Positions 32,029 to 43,700 of a stretch of 64,000 bases of DNA are shown piece after piece. The DNA is taken from positions 234,711-298,710 of the forward strand of contig NW_005434660.1 in assembly GCF_000315625.1 (NCBI RefSeq). Direction: 5' to 3'. The DNA is from Guillardia theta CCMP2712 (Eukaryota > Protista > Cryptophyta). Within the stretch, counting starts at the first letter, position 1. Each line of letters starts with the position of its first letter. The position numbers were made by a program, and so were the translations under genes. Below the pieces are notes generated by a model. The model was not told where the DNA came from, did not search any database, and saw nothing but the letters and a program-made list of their open reading frames with translations.

Positions 32029-35000
32029 TTAGCTAACCCCAGCTGATGAGGCCGAAGCACCTGATGAGCTCGAACAAGATGAGGACGCCTGCCCTTCCCA
32101 CCTGACAGCCAGAACCATCACCTGCTCCACCTTCTTCCTCCCCCATCCCTCCCTCCCCTCCCTCCCTCCCCCAACCTGCTCCGCTCCCGGCATAGAATTG
32201 TGCCTCGGAATCTCCACGTCCGATCCCGCCTGCAGGGGAAGAGAGTAGTGAGCAGGAAGGAAAGAGCAGCGGGGAGGACGAGGAAGTTGAGGAGTGAGGA
32301 GGATACTTGCAGACATATCAGCCATCATGCGAAGACCTCCCTCGAAGTCTTTGACCCAGCTGCGACGTCACGTCAGCCTGAAGGAAGGAGGGCAAAAACT
32401 TGGAAGACCCCAGAGAGGGTGGGAGATCAGCGAGAGAGGAGGAGCGAAAAGGGCGATGCGCACGCGAAGAGGTGAGGAGGGGTACTAGCCTGTTAGTATC
32501 AAAGAGGGGTCTTCCCTCCAACCCCGTTCTGTTCGGCAGGGTGTTGCCGTTAATATCCTCCATGTTGCTCAGCGTCACCTCCTCCTTTCCCCCTGCGCCA
32601 CGTCAGGAACTGATCTTGTGCCTACCACCCAACCATGAGCAAGTCTCCACTCCGCGTACAGCCGATTTCTCATCCTTATCCTCATCTTCCTCTGGGCAAG
32701 GGCCACTGCGATCTCCTCGTACTCTGACTCCTTCCACACCCGCCACGTCAGCACCAGCTGCTCTGCTTTTCCTCCGTACCGTTCTCACACAGGTCTCCGA
32801 TGCAGGACCGAATGAGGATAGAGCGCCAGTAGCCAGCCGCATGTTCATGTTCCACCTGCCCACATGATTCATGCCTCTTCCTCCTCCTTTCTTTCTCTCC
32901 CAACGTCCCACACGCTCCTGCCCTTCCCGCCATCCCTGATCTTTGAAACTTGGCTGTTACCCCGGCAGCGTCATCACAGGTAGACCTCCCCAGAGTGAAT
33001 CGACGGCCGTTGTGTGCGCGTTGTAAGTCAAACAATCCTTGACAATGGTAAGGGAACCAACGAGACGAGGATGAGATAAGAGATTGGAAGGGTTGGAGAG
33101 AGGAAGAAGAAGGAAATGACAAGGAAGATTAGGAAGGGAGGACAAGGAGGAGGACGAGGAGGAGAAGGAAGAGGAGGAGGACTAAGGACGAGGGCGAAGG
33201 ACGAGGATGAGGACGAGGGCTGAGAACGAAGACGAGGGCTAACACGACGAGTGTAAGAAAAGTCAACAAGTCACCAGGAACATGTCAGCAGCTCGGACTC
33301 GGAAGATGTGCTCAGCAAAATCTTCTCTCTCAGCCAAGATGATCCGACTGCTGCTGATCCCTCGGACCTGGTTGGTGACTTCAGAGGCGGCGCCATGGCA
33401 GACAGCTCACCCAGACCTCAGCCTGCCGAAGGATGTTGGCGTTGCTCTCGTTGTTCTCGTTGACCAGCCACAAGACAGAGTCGGGGACTCGATGCATGAT
33501 CCTGACCCAGATCTCAAAGACCTGCGGCTCGATCTTGTAGAGCCCGTTGAAATTGCAGAAGACAAACGCATGCTCTGGGAGACGCTCCTTTCTTCTGATC
33601 TGTGGAGAAAGTCGGGGAAAATATGCCCTTTGACATGACATGTAGCTAGCAAGACAATGAGCTGACCTCGGAGATTGTCTTCTCTGGACGTATCGGATAA
33701 CTTGCTCTGTGATCGTTCACCTTTCACCGTCATAGTATCAGAGTCATTCTTTCCGTCCAACACAGAAGCAAGGTGACCTGGTAGTGATGTGACATGTAAA
33801 AGATGCTCTCCGAGAAAAAGAGAGCGTTGTCCGGAGGAGCGACTATCCGGTCAGCTATGATGTGATCTACAAACTCTGCCCCTGAAGTTCCAGGGTGAGC
33901 AAGGAAATTGACCTGCAAGGAAGTTCAGAACATCAACAGCAATCATTCAATGTCCGATTTCGCCGAATGAGACCTGGATCGGCGCAGGTCTGAGTGCGAG
34001 GATGGAAAGTCGGGACTTGTAGTAGTCTGTGTCGATGAGAAGATCAACCAGATCGCCATTGACTTGAATCGCGACTGCGTCATCTGTGAACCGGTCGAGC
34101 TCCCTGAAGTGATCGTCTCCAACACTCTCCCTGATTTTCCTCCGGAAAGCAGATCGGTCGTCCTTGCAGCTGGGCAATCAGAACGGCAAGGGAACCCGAG
34201 GGTCCAAATGGCAGACCTTGTTCAGGGCGTAGCAGAAGATTTCGAAGCGCTCCTCATCATGTCGTTGGAAGACAGTCTGGGCAGGAGGTCAACCAGCACA
34301 ACATTGATCCTACACCCTACCTGCAGCAGATGAGCAGTCACATGGTGCCGAAAGTCTGCCATCATGTATCCGATACGGAGCCGATGGAGCGGAGGCTCGA
34401 GCTCCAGGCCAAACGACGAGGGGAGGAACGGGATCTTGTACCGAACCTGTTAGAATAGCTTGTGAGAACAAGGCGATGGAGAGGCAGGGGAGGTGAAAGA
34501 CGATCTGCACATCCTCCCCCTCCCTGTACCTTCTCTAGTGCTCGAATAGCATGAGACTCAGCGATTCCAAGCATCTGCTCAGAGTCGAAGGGAGAGAGGA
34601 GGGAGTAGTACGGCCCCACTGTAGTCAAGTGACGTTGCGACAGCTGCTGTTCCGTCACATTCTTGAGCTTTTCGAACAAGAAATCTCTCTCGTCCCAATC
34701 AATCACCTTGAACGAGTTTCTTAACCGTTTAAACACGCTCATCAAGACAATGCAGCTACCTGCTGCTTGGTGTGGTAGTAGTTAAGGAGAGCGTCCGCGT
34801 CCCAGGGCCTGATGTCCATGGCCTTCTTGTACATGTCTTTCGATCTCTCAAGATTCTTCACTTCTGAAAGCGCATGCCCGAGACTCAGCAGACATTCAAA
34901 ACAGTCTGGCTCATCCTTGACCAGCGGTTCAAGGATTGCAAGGGCATGGGCATGATGCTTCAGCGTGTGCAATGCAGATCCCAAGTTATGTCTTGCTGCC

Positions 35001-35524
35001 ATGATGTCTGGCTTGATCTTCAATGCATGCTGATACAACGGGATCGCTTCAGCAAAGTCGTTGTTGTTGCCAAGTACAACACCGAGGTTCACCATGGAGT
35101 TGACATGCTTCGGATCCAATCGGATTGCCCTGTAGTAACTTTGCTTGGCTAGACCGTAGTTATGAACGGACATGTGTGCATTAGCCAACAGGAAAGTTCC
35201 TTCAGCTCCATCTGCTGTCTCCCCTCCTATCCGTGCCGCAATCCGAGCGTGAATAAGAGCGCCATCAAAGTTTCCGATCCTCCCATGGATTTCAGAGAGG
35301 AGGCACCAAGCCTTGATGCTCTCAGGGTAGATGGAGGCAAAAAGCTCAAAGCAGAGACGAGATTCATCAAAGAGGCCATGCTTTCCGTAATCGTAGGAGG
35401 CGTTCCATAGCACCTCCCTGGGCAAATCCGCGTGACAGTCGTCAGGAAGAGAAGTGAAGACAAGCAAGGGCAGGCCGAGGACGAGCACAAGAGAGACGAG
35501 ATGTGCTCGATTCAGGGGAAACAT
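32029..35524 (-). CDS. TPR-containing O-GlcNAc transferase-like protein (GT41) with an N-terminal hydrophobic signal
   Basis: TPRs; [88 protein letters not shown], PLFDT. Confidence 0.88.
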
Positions 35525-35774
35525 GCTTGCCGATTCATTCTGATGCACGTCAGTCAGCCAAGCCAAGTTGATCCAGCGTTGTGCATCGTCCACTCCTTGG
35601 TTTCCCGTCCCAAGTTCGCCACTAGGGAAAAGTCCAAATCACTCAGTGCTGGGATAACGGGTGTCCGGCGCGAGGGGCCCGGCCGGGCTGCCCTGGTTTT
35701 AAAAGTGCCCAGTTTTTAAAAGATTGTTTCTTTTTTTAAGATTGTTTATATGTTGGAAAAATGTCAATCAGGAG

Positions 35775-36518
35775 ATGATTCAAGCACCTAACATTGTTGG
35801 CATGCTTGAATCGCGGTTGAGGAATTCCGATCATCTGTCGGTCACAACATCTTCTCCTGCTCCCATGCCTTCGAGTTGGTTTTCATACGCCCCAAGCCCT
35901 CTTCCAGCATTCCCAATACAAATATATACCTTTGACGAGCACTGCCAACCTGGTTTTGCACGTGAGCCAAACACTTCGTCGTTGAAGACAACTACAGACG
36001 AAAGTCCAAGAAATGGTGGCAATGTCATGCACATCCTTAACTCGCAGGTTGATAGAAGCCACCATGCATCTCGCATCAGAAAGCTCACAGCGGACATCGC
36101 CATCCGCATCTTCAAGGAGCGATCCTCAGATAATGAGAGCAAGTACATCGAGAGCAAGGTGGTCGCCAAGTGCTTCGGCGTGAGCTCCAAGACGGTACGG
36201 GACATTTGGGACAGGAAGTCCTGGTCAAGGTATACCCGGCTCATTGAAACGACGCAACATGCAGCAGCTGACTACAGGAAAGAGAGCAAAAACAAGAGCT
36301 TAGCAGCAGATACAAACGCAACTTCCGATAACCCGAGTCATCTAGTAAGCTCACATTGTTACGACTCTGAGAAAACGATGACAACAAGTGGGTGGGGAGA
36401 GGAGGAGGAGGAAGTGGCTGGACAGAGGGCTACTCCGCACTGGGCAGAGCTTGAGGAGGCTCCGGAGGACGTGAGCGATTGGTGTGTCGACCCAAGGGAG
36501 AAGTGTGAGCACGACTAG
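35775..36518 (+). CDS. Small intronless helix-turn-helix protein
   Basis: KLTADIAIRIFK...SKVVAKCFGVSSKTVRDIWDRKSW HTH-like motif; acidic C-terminus. Confidence 0.7.
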   Translation: MIQAPNIVGMLESRLRNSDHLSVTTSSPAPMPSSWFSYAPSPLPAFPIQIYTFDEHCQPGFAREPNTSSLKTTTDESPRNGGNVMHILNSQVDRSHHASRIRKLTADIAIRIFKERSSDNESKYIESKVVAKCFGVSSKTVRDIWDRKSWSRYTRLIETTQHAAADYRKESKNKSLAADTNATSDNPSHLVSSHCYDSEKTMTTSGWGEEEEEVAGQRATPHWAELEEAPEDVSDWCVDPREKCEHD

Positions 36519-37220
36519 AAATGCAAGACGATCCATCGGTTGGGGTTGAACTGCTAGCACTCCGGCTGATGGAACATCTCGGCATCGCTTGCTTTCGAGA
36601 GGATTTCGGGTACTCTCGGCATCAGAACATTTCAAAAATGCAACTTTGTACAATGAGTGGCATGTTACAAAGTGACCTGAAGAAGAGGGAGAGTTTGGTG
36701 AGGCAACACGCTCGATGTTTGCACATTTGTTGCGCATTCATCTTATGATGCGGAAGAGGGCAGGACCCACGGATTTGCTCATCTGGACTAACTGCGTGTT
36801 TTTGGTTGCTTGACCAGGAATAGACAGCAGGATGGAGGAACGTTCGAGGAGGTTTTCTCACCCTAGAGCAAGCTTGCACGTTGAAATAAACACACAGTGC
36901 GTAAACGATATGTCTGACAGACAATGCATTCTAGTCTACATTTCATTTCATTGGTTCCAGAGAAGATCAAGGTCATACTTATTTCAATCTGGGACTATTC
37001 CAAGTCTTTCTCGTCAACGCATTATGAAATAGCAGTGGCTTCGCTCCAGATCTCTCGATAGCATAAAGATGTCGACTTTAATGTTCCGATGATGATGTCG
37101 TACCACTTCTCTTCATAATTTTAATGTATCAATCGATGTGAAGGAGGAAAAATTTCCTTGATGAAAGGCAGGAGACAAAAACCAAGAAAGGGGCATCCTT
37201 CGACTAGCTCCTCCTCCTTC

Positions 37221-37297
37221 GACCAAGACTTCCTGTCCCAAATATCCCGTACCCTGTTACTTGCTCTCATTATCTGAGGATCGCTCCTTGAAGATGC
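37221..37297 (-). pseudogene. Inverted, internally deleted relic of the HTH gene
   Basis: 37258-37297 is the reverse complement of 36106-36145; 37221-37253 is the reverse complement of about 36193-36225 with 2 mismatches. Confidence 0.8.
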
Positions 37298-37710
37298 ATC
37301 TGAGGCTCAGGGGATATCGCCATCCGCGAGATTCAAGCGATTAGAACTTGAATCATGTGTACGCCGGCGCTGAGGCCCGCCTGAGAGACTCCATCGAGGC
37401 TGCGCCGCCGAGGCCGCGGCAGGTCACTGCTGAGTTGACTTGCTGCCAATAGACTCAACTTATTATCCAGATGAGGCGGGCTGTATTCCCTTATGAAAAC
37501 TGGAATAGCTAGTTACACCGTTCCACCGGTCGTCATGCACGGGCAGCTTCCAGCCGGCACAGCTGCACGGGAGCGATGTGCCCTCGTGCGACATGCGTTC
37601 ACTCGCAACATGTCAGAGAGCAGAGGCGACATGTTGGGAGCATCAAGAAGTGAAGAATCGTTTGAGAGCGCTTCCAGCCCTTAAGTGGGGGTCAACGACT
37701 GTACCTAGAA

Positions 37711-40700
37711 ATGTTCGAATCCTTCGTCGCGAATCTCCTCAGTAACCGGGCCTCACAATTCGTCAAGAACATTCCGCATGAGCAGCTTCGTGTTGGTGTG
37801 TGGCAAGGAGAGGTAGGAAACATCTCTTATGCACTCCTTCTGTCTGTTATACCTGCCCGTACAGGTTGTTCTCGACGACCTTGAGCTGAGGAGTGATAGC
37901 CTTGACGGGCTCGGGTTGCCCATCTCGATTGAAGCAGGCTATGGTGAGAGCTGAACGTGTGAGGCTGTTGTCTGATGCTCCCGCGTCTGATGTGCAGTTG
38001 GAAGCTTGCGAGTCTCCATTCCATGGAAATATCTCGGAACCAAAGTAGTCGTTGCTGAGCTGAAACAGATTCACATCATCCTGAAAATCGAGGAGAAGTC
38101 TTTGTTGCCAGTCAATGCTGAGACATACTCTGAGATATCGAAGCAAGCCTCCATCGCTGCGGCAGAGATAGCAAAAAGGAGCAAGGTGGTTCATTCTGCG
38201 AATTTTGTTATTGCTTTGTTTTGCATCTGACTCTGATACAGTCTTCTGGCGCGTTTCGATCCTTCACGTCACGGCTGATGAGTCGGTTGCTCAGTTGTTT
38301 TGAGCTTCGCATCTATGACATTCACGTGCGGATAGAGGTGCTGTCCCGTACTCCCCCTTAACGCATGCTGATCGTCAAGGTTTGCAGGCTGATTCCTCTG
38401 TGTCCGGAGGACCGCCGATTGCCTTCGGCTTCATGTGCGATGAGATCTTGACGAAGGCAAGCGGGTCATCTCAGCAACTCCTCGAGGTGAAGAGAGTGCT
38501 GACCATGGGAGGAAGAGGTCTGAGCTTCTGGTGTACAGGTGAAAGGGGCCTCGCTCTACTGGGATCGAGACGTTTCTCCAACTCAATGTTCCCATCTGAG
38601 CCTTCCAGTGAGCGTTTAGTGTTTTCGTCGGCCTGCGATGTTCATCATCACCTGGTGACGCCAGTGGTGCAGGAGCTCTCTTCGCTGTTCGAGCTGTGGA
38701 AGGGAGGGGACAAGCCGTCCGTGCCGTCCGTGCACGAGGACGATGAAGGAGATATCTTCTACGTCGCTCCGTCAGAGGTTCTGCTGCCATAGCAACCCTG
38801 CGGAGCTTCTCTGAAGTTTTGAACCTAGGATGAGATCCTGATCCATCATTTTTTGCTGCAGCCGTGCGACATTACCGTCAAAGGAAGGTCCGTACGACTG
38901 GGCAGCTTGGGTTCTCGATTGAAGGCTTTACAGCTATCTCTACAACTCCAAGATCGAGATATTGGTAGAGATGCCACAAGTCAACACTTGTATCGAAGTG
39001 GGACAACTGTGGGACATCTTCAGGATTGTCGACTGGTTTCAAATCTTCGACTTGCGAAGGCGGAATGCAAGCTTTCGGCCTATCCAACATGTGATTTCAC
39101 TTTCCAACTTCCACGCAGTGATGATTTCGCTCTTGTAGGGCTTCATGAATCCGAAAATGCTGTGGCATTTCGCCATTGAATCAACTCTGGCTCAGATCCG
39201 GAGGTCCAGATGGAGGTTGTCGTGGTTTCAGCTACAAGGCTATCTCAATGATCGTCGGGAGTATACCGAACTTTATCGACTCATCCTGATGAATCGAGCA
39301 ACAAACGAAAACAAGCGCAAGGCAAGCGACGTCTACTCTTGTAGTGTGTGAGGCTGATGTTGCACTCAGCTTGCTCAGATCGAATCCCGCCTGCCTGTTG
39401 ATGGCATCATGTTTGCACGTGGAGTCGCGGAGAAGTTGGCCGGAAGAGATCAGTCCAGGTGACTCTGAACCCCAAAGTTGAGCACCAGCTTAGCTTTTGC
39501 TGGTAGCCAAACAGGTTGGTACAAGTGGGGGCTTCTTCGTTGGGCCGCACGATCAAGCGACTTGAAGGCTGCAAACAGCAACGGAAGCTCAGACAAAGAG
39601 GATGCGACGGCTGGGCTGGAGGACATGGGTCTGGATGTTTCGCTCACGAAGGAACAGGAAGACTTTCTTCTTAAGCTCGGACAAGCTGAGAGCAGCTCGG
39701 ACAATTCCTTACCTCGAATTGAGAGTGATAGTTCCTTCACCTCACTGTTGGAGGGCAGAGACAGCGATCAGACGAGAAAGAAGGATGCTCTTGCTAGTCT
39801 TGCAAATGCAGATGCTGTGAGCAAAATCTTACTCAATGTCTTAGATTTGACTCCTTTTTTGAAATCATAGAATCGCTTGAATCGAAGTCTTAAAGGAGGG
39901 CAGGTAATCTTGAAGCGAGAGCTTTAAGGTGGTTTGATGTTTTCGTCAGGAAATTATGGGGCTGAAGACAGAAGAAGCTCAACATTTGGCCAACATGTTG
40001 GAAATTTGTGTTTGAAACAGATTTCGGCTTAATTGGTTTGTTCATCAGTTGGTTTGGTAAGCAAGAGTCGTCGACTAGCCAATCCCAGCTCCAACCAAAG
40101 GTTCCCATCTAAGTCATTCGGGAGGTTTGACGGTCTCAACTTGGTGCAGGTTGACGTCAAGATCAAAGAGATCTCCGTCACTCTCGCTGTCCTGATTGCG
40201 CCCGACGAGGATGAGCATGGCGAGGAGGTCGAGGACGAAGACTCTCCGCAAATCGTCGGGATCCAGGAAACCCAAAGGACCATGATCGTGCCTTAGGGAT
40301 GACGTTTGCTTTACAGGAGATCATGACGGTTTACGTACATGACACCTCCCTGTCCATGAGAATGTTGGAGAGAGAATTTCGCATCTCTTGCTCTGTCAAG
40401 AGCGTGAAGGCTCGAGACATGCTCACCTCTCACTCCTGCTACCCCTGGCTGATCGTCTCCAAACCTCCCAAGATGAAGTGCTCTCCCGGGAACTGGTGAG
40501 ATCTTCAAAGTCCTCTCCCTCCATTGTGCGGTAGAGAAGAATTGAGGAGCGAGTATAGGTACATGCCTACTGACCACGAGGAGGAGGACGAAGAAGATTC
40601 AAGCTCGAACGCCCTAGAGGTTCAGAAGAGAGGACGGCTCCATCAGTCACTGACTCAACCTCCTGCTGCAGGTAGAAGTCACAGTCATCACTGCCCGACA

Positions 40701-43700
40701 GGACTCTAGGCAGCCATCTGCCATCATCGACATGCTCCTCAACCCATTGGAAGTCTCGCTGTCCCCCGACTGCCTGCAAGCTCTTGCTCTTTTCTTCGTC
40801 CCCGAGTTCGAGTATCCCTTCCACGAGCACCTCGTCCTCGACGCCCTCAACTCCATCGGCGATGGCCCAGGCCTGCTGGCCGCAAAGCTCCAGTACATGG
40901 TGGGTGTGACGTGATCCCTGCTGGGTAGCAGCTGACGATGTCAAAAGATCGACCACATGGGAGGAGGGTTCCTTCTCAACCTGCGGGCAAAGTCCCTCAA
41001 GCTGCTTCTCCCTCTCGATGTCAGCCTGCACAGCCGCAGCCTCTTCGTCGTGGACGTGGCCGAGATTGTCTTCTCGAGCTCACCCTACGGCTGTCTCGGT
41101 TACACTCATAACGGCATCATGAGGTGAAAGAATTCCTTCCCCTCCTCTCTGCCTCTGTTGAGATTCTTTGACAGGTTGGTCTCAAAGGCTTTGCAATCAA
41201 CAGACCCGGAGGAACAGAAGCAGACCATGCAGCAAATGTTCTTCCTGCCGATGAAAGTCTCGCTCGATTGCGTGCAAGTATGTTTGAAACCACTATCATA
41301 GCGTCTACAGCTCCTTCTCTCCTCGCTCTCTTCCTTCCTTTCCACTCCTCCTTTGACGTCAACAATTGACTCTCATCAGGTCACCCTGGCTAAGGCCGAG
41401 CTCGAGTCTCCTGCAAACTTGACGACTTCCAATCCTCTTCCTCAGCAGCTCGGCTCTCCTATCGTCCAGCCCTTTTCCATGCAGCTCGACCTGCAAGTGT
41501 CTCTGCTGCGAGCTGACGCCAGCATTCCACTCGTCTTCCTGCTCGTCGAACTTCCAACCATCCGGAGCGAGATGGAGCGATCGCAAGCCATCGAGCTGGT
41601 TGAGGACTTCTGTGCCGTGGAGAACCATCGCAAGCTCGGAGAGAATCAGGTCAAGAAGATCCTCCGCGTCAAGATGCAAAGGCAGGCGCTGCGGGCTCAG
41701 ACTGGACTCTCCCCTGGTAGGAGAGTGAGGAGGGGGAGAGGGAGGGAGGTGGGGGGGGAGGGGAAAGGGAACAGGAGGAGGAGAAGAAGTTATGAACTGA
41801 CGAGCTACAGGTGGCAGTCTGTCTGCATCCTGCAACATTTCCCGCGAAATTTCAAAAGATTGGCTGGAGAGCGCATCGTCAAACTTTGAGCGTGACTCCG
41901 AGGTGCTGCCGGGCGAGGAGGAGGAAGACATGGAGGGTTCGTCCACCATTCTGCCGGAGGAGAAGATGGATGGCGATCGTTCCAGGGAGCACGAAGATCT
42001 ATCGAATGCTGAGCTACACTTGTTCGGTGACCAGCGAGAAGACGAGGGAGAGGGAGAGGGAGAGGGAGAGAAGCTTGCATCAGATGAAGGAGGGGAGAAG
42101 GGCATCAACGAGATTGAGCAGGAACAGAAAATGGAGGCAAACGGGAAGGAATCACGAGAGGAGGAGAGAGAGAAGCTGGAGAAAGAGAAGGCAGGAGAAG
42201 AGAAAGAGAAAGGCGGGGAGGAAGACGGAGATCCGCAGAAAGGGGAAGCCTTAGATAACCATGAGGCAGAAGCTGTGCAAGCAGAGGCAAGAAGGAGCTT
42301 CTGGTCTCGGTTAACTCCCCTCAATGTCTTCCAGCAAAGAAAATCAGCGAAAGTTGACTCGCAGTTATCAAAGGAGAATACGGCTAGTGATCGAGGGAAG
42401 CAGGAGGTTGAGAATATCCCCTTGATTGAAGAGGACGCGAACTACTCCAGCACAGAAACCTGCCCTGTTCAGCAGGGCCCCAGTAGCAGTTGGTGGCCGA
42501 GTTGGCTGACGAGGAGGAAGAAGGACAGCAAGACGGTTCAGTTCGATACTGGAGCAGCCCAGCAGCACGAGGGGAAGGAGGAAAAGACTTCCGCTCCTCC
42601 TCCCCATGAGGCTGTCGCGGTGACCAGCGGAATCAGACCGCGAGAGATTCTGAGCCGTCTGAGCACCAACTTCTTCAAGCCACTTGCGGGCTCCAGCGTC
42701 GACAAGGAGGAAGAGGTCGCAGCCAACAAAGTTCTGAACCTACCGGTCAACGTCCGCGCCATGGCAGCGTCTCATCTTCGACGACATGGAAAGGAATGGT
42801 CGGAGCAGCCATGGAGGGAGCGGCTGCAAGCTTGTGCTCTCTTCTACTTGCCAGGGAAGCAGTACTGCGAGTCACTGTCTACCAACAAGAGCTCCTCGCT
42901 CCCTCGGCTGCGGGAGCGGCACGGAAGCAGCTTCCTCATCCTCGACAGGACGAGCATGGAGGCGGTGGACAACGAGACCGTGCATGCCGAGGTAGAGGTG
43001 AAGATGGACAAGGTCTGCTTTATGCTGCGAGATGCTCACCTGGCAGAGGACGAGCTGCAGGTGTCGCTGCATGTCAGTGGACTTGACCGGCAGCCCTCCG
43101 CCCCGTTTTCGCCTCCCTCGTCTCCTCCCACCGCCCATAATCGCATCAGCCCGAGGGATCGCGCGATCACGCTGTCGCTGCGCGCTCGGAGACATGGGGT
43201 GGACCTGAAGACGACGATCGGGTCGGTGAATGTGAGGATGGGGGAGCGAGAGAAGATCCGATCCAACGAGGTTGAAACTTACCTGCTCAGCACTCATGGC
43301 GATATGATCATCAAAATGTGCCAGTCGACCAGCAATGGGGAGCCAGGAATGCAGAAGCAGCCGGCAACCCCATTCCTAGAGCTCGAATGTCACAGTTACA
43401 GTGATGAGTACGCGCCGAAAGGCAAGTCGCCCCTCTCGCTAATCTGCAAGATGGATGGGCTGGCCCTTTGCTACCGTCACGAGCTGTTTGTGAACCTTTA
43501 CAAGCACCTACAGCACCTCGTGGACCTCGTTCCTTCTGCAACCTCCAGCGACAGTCTGCAGTTGCTGGATGGCACAGAGAGGACTCCTTCGTTGCAGACC
43601 TCAAGGAGTGGAGGGGAAGAGGTCGCGCTGCTGGAAGCGATTCAAGTCGATGTGAGCTTCAACTACGTTCACCTCGCATGCTCGACAGCGGAGACGAGGA

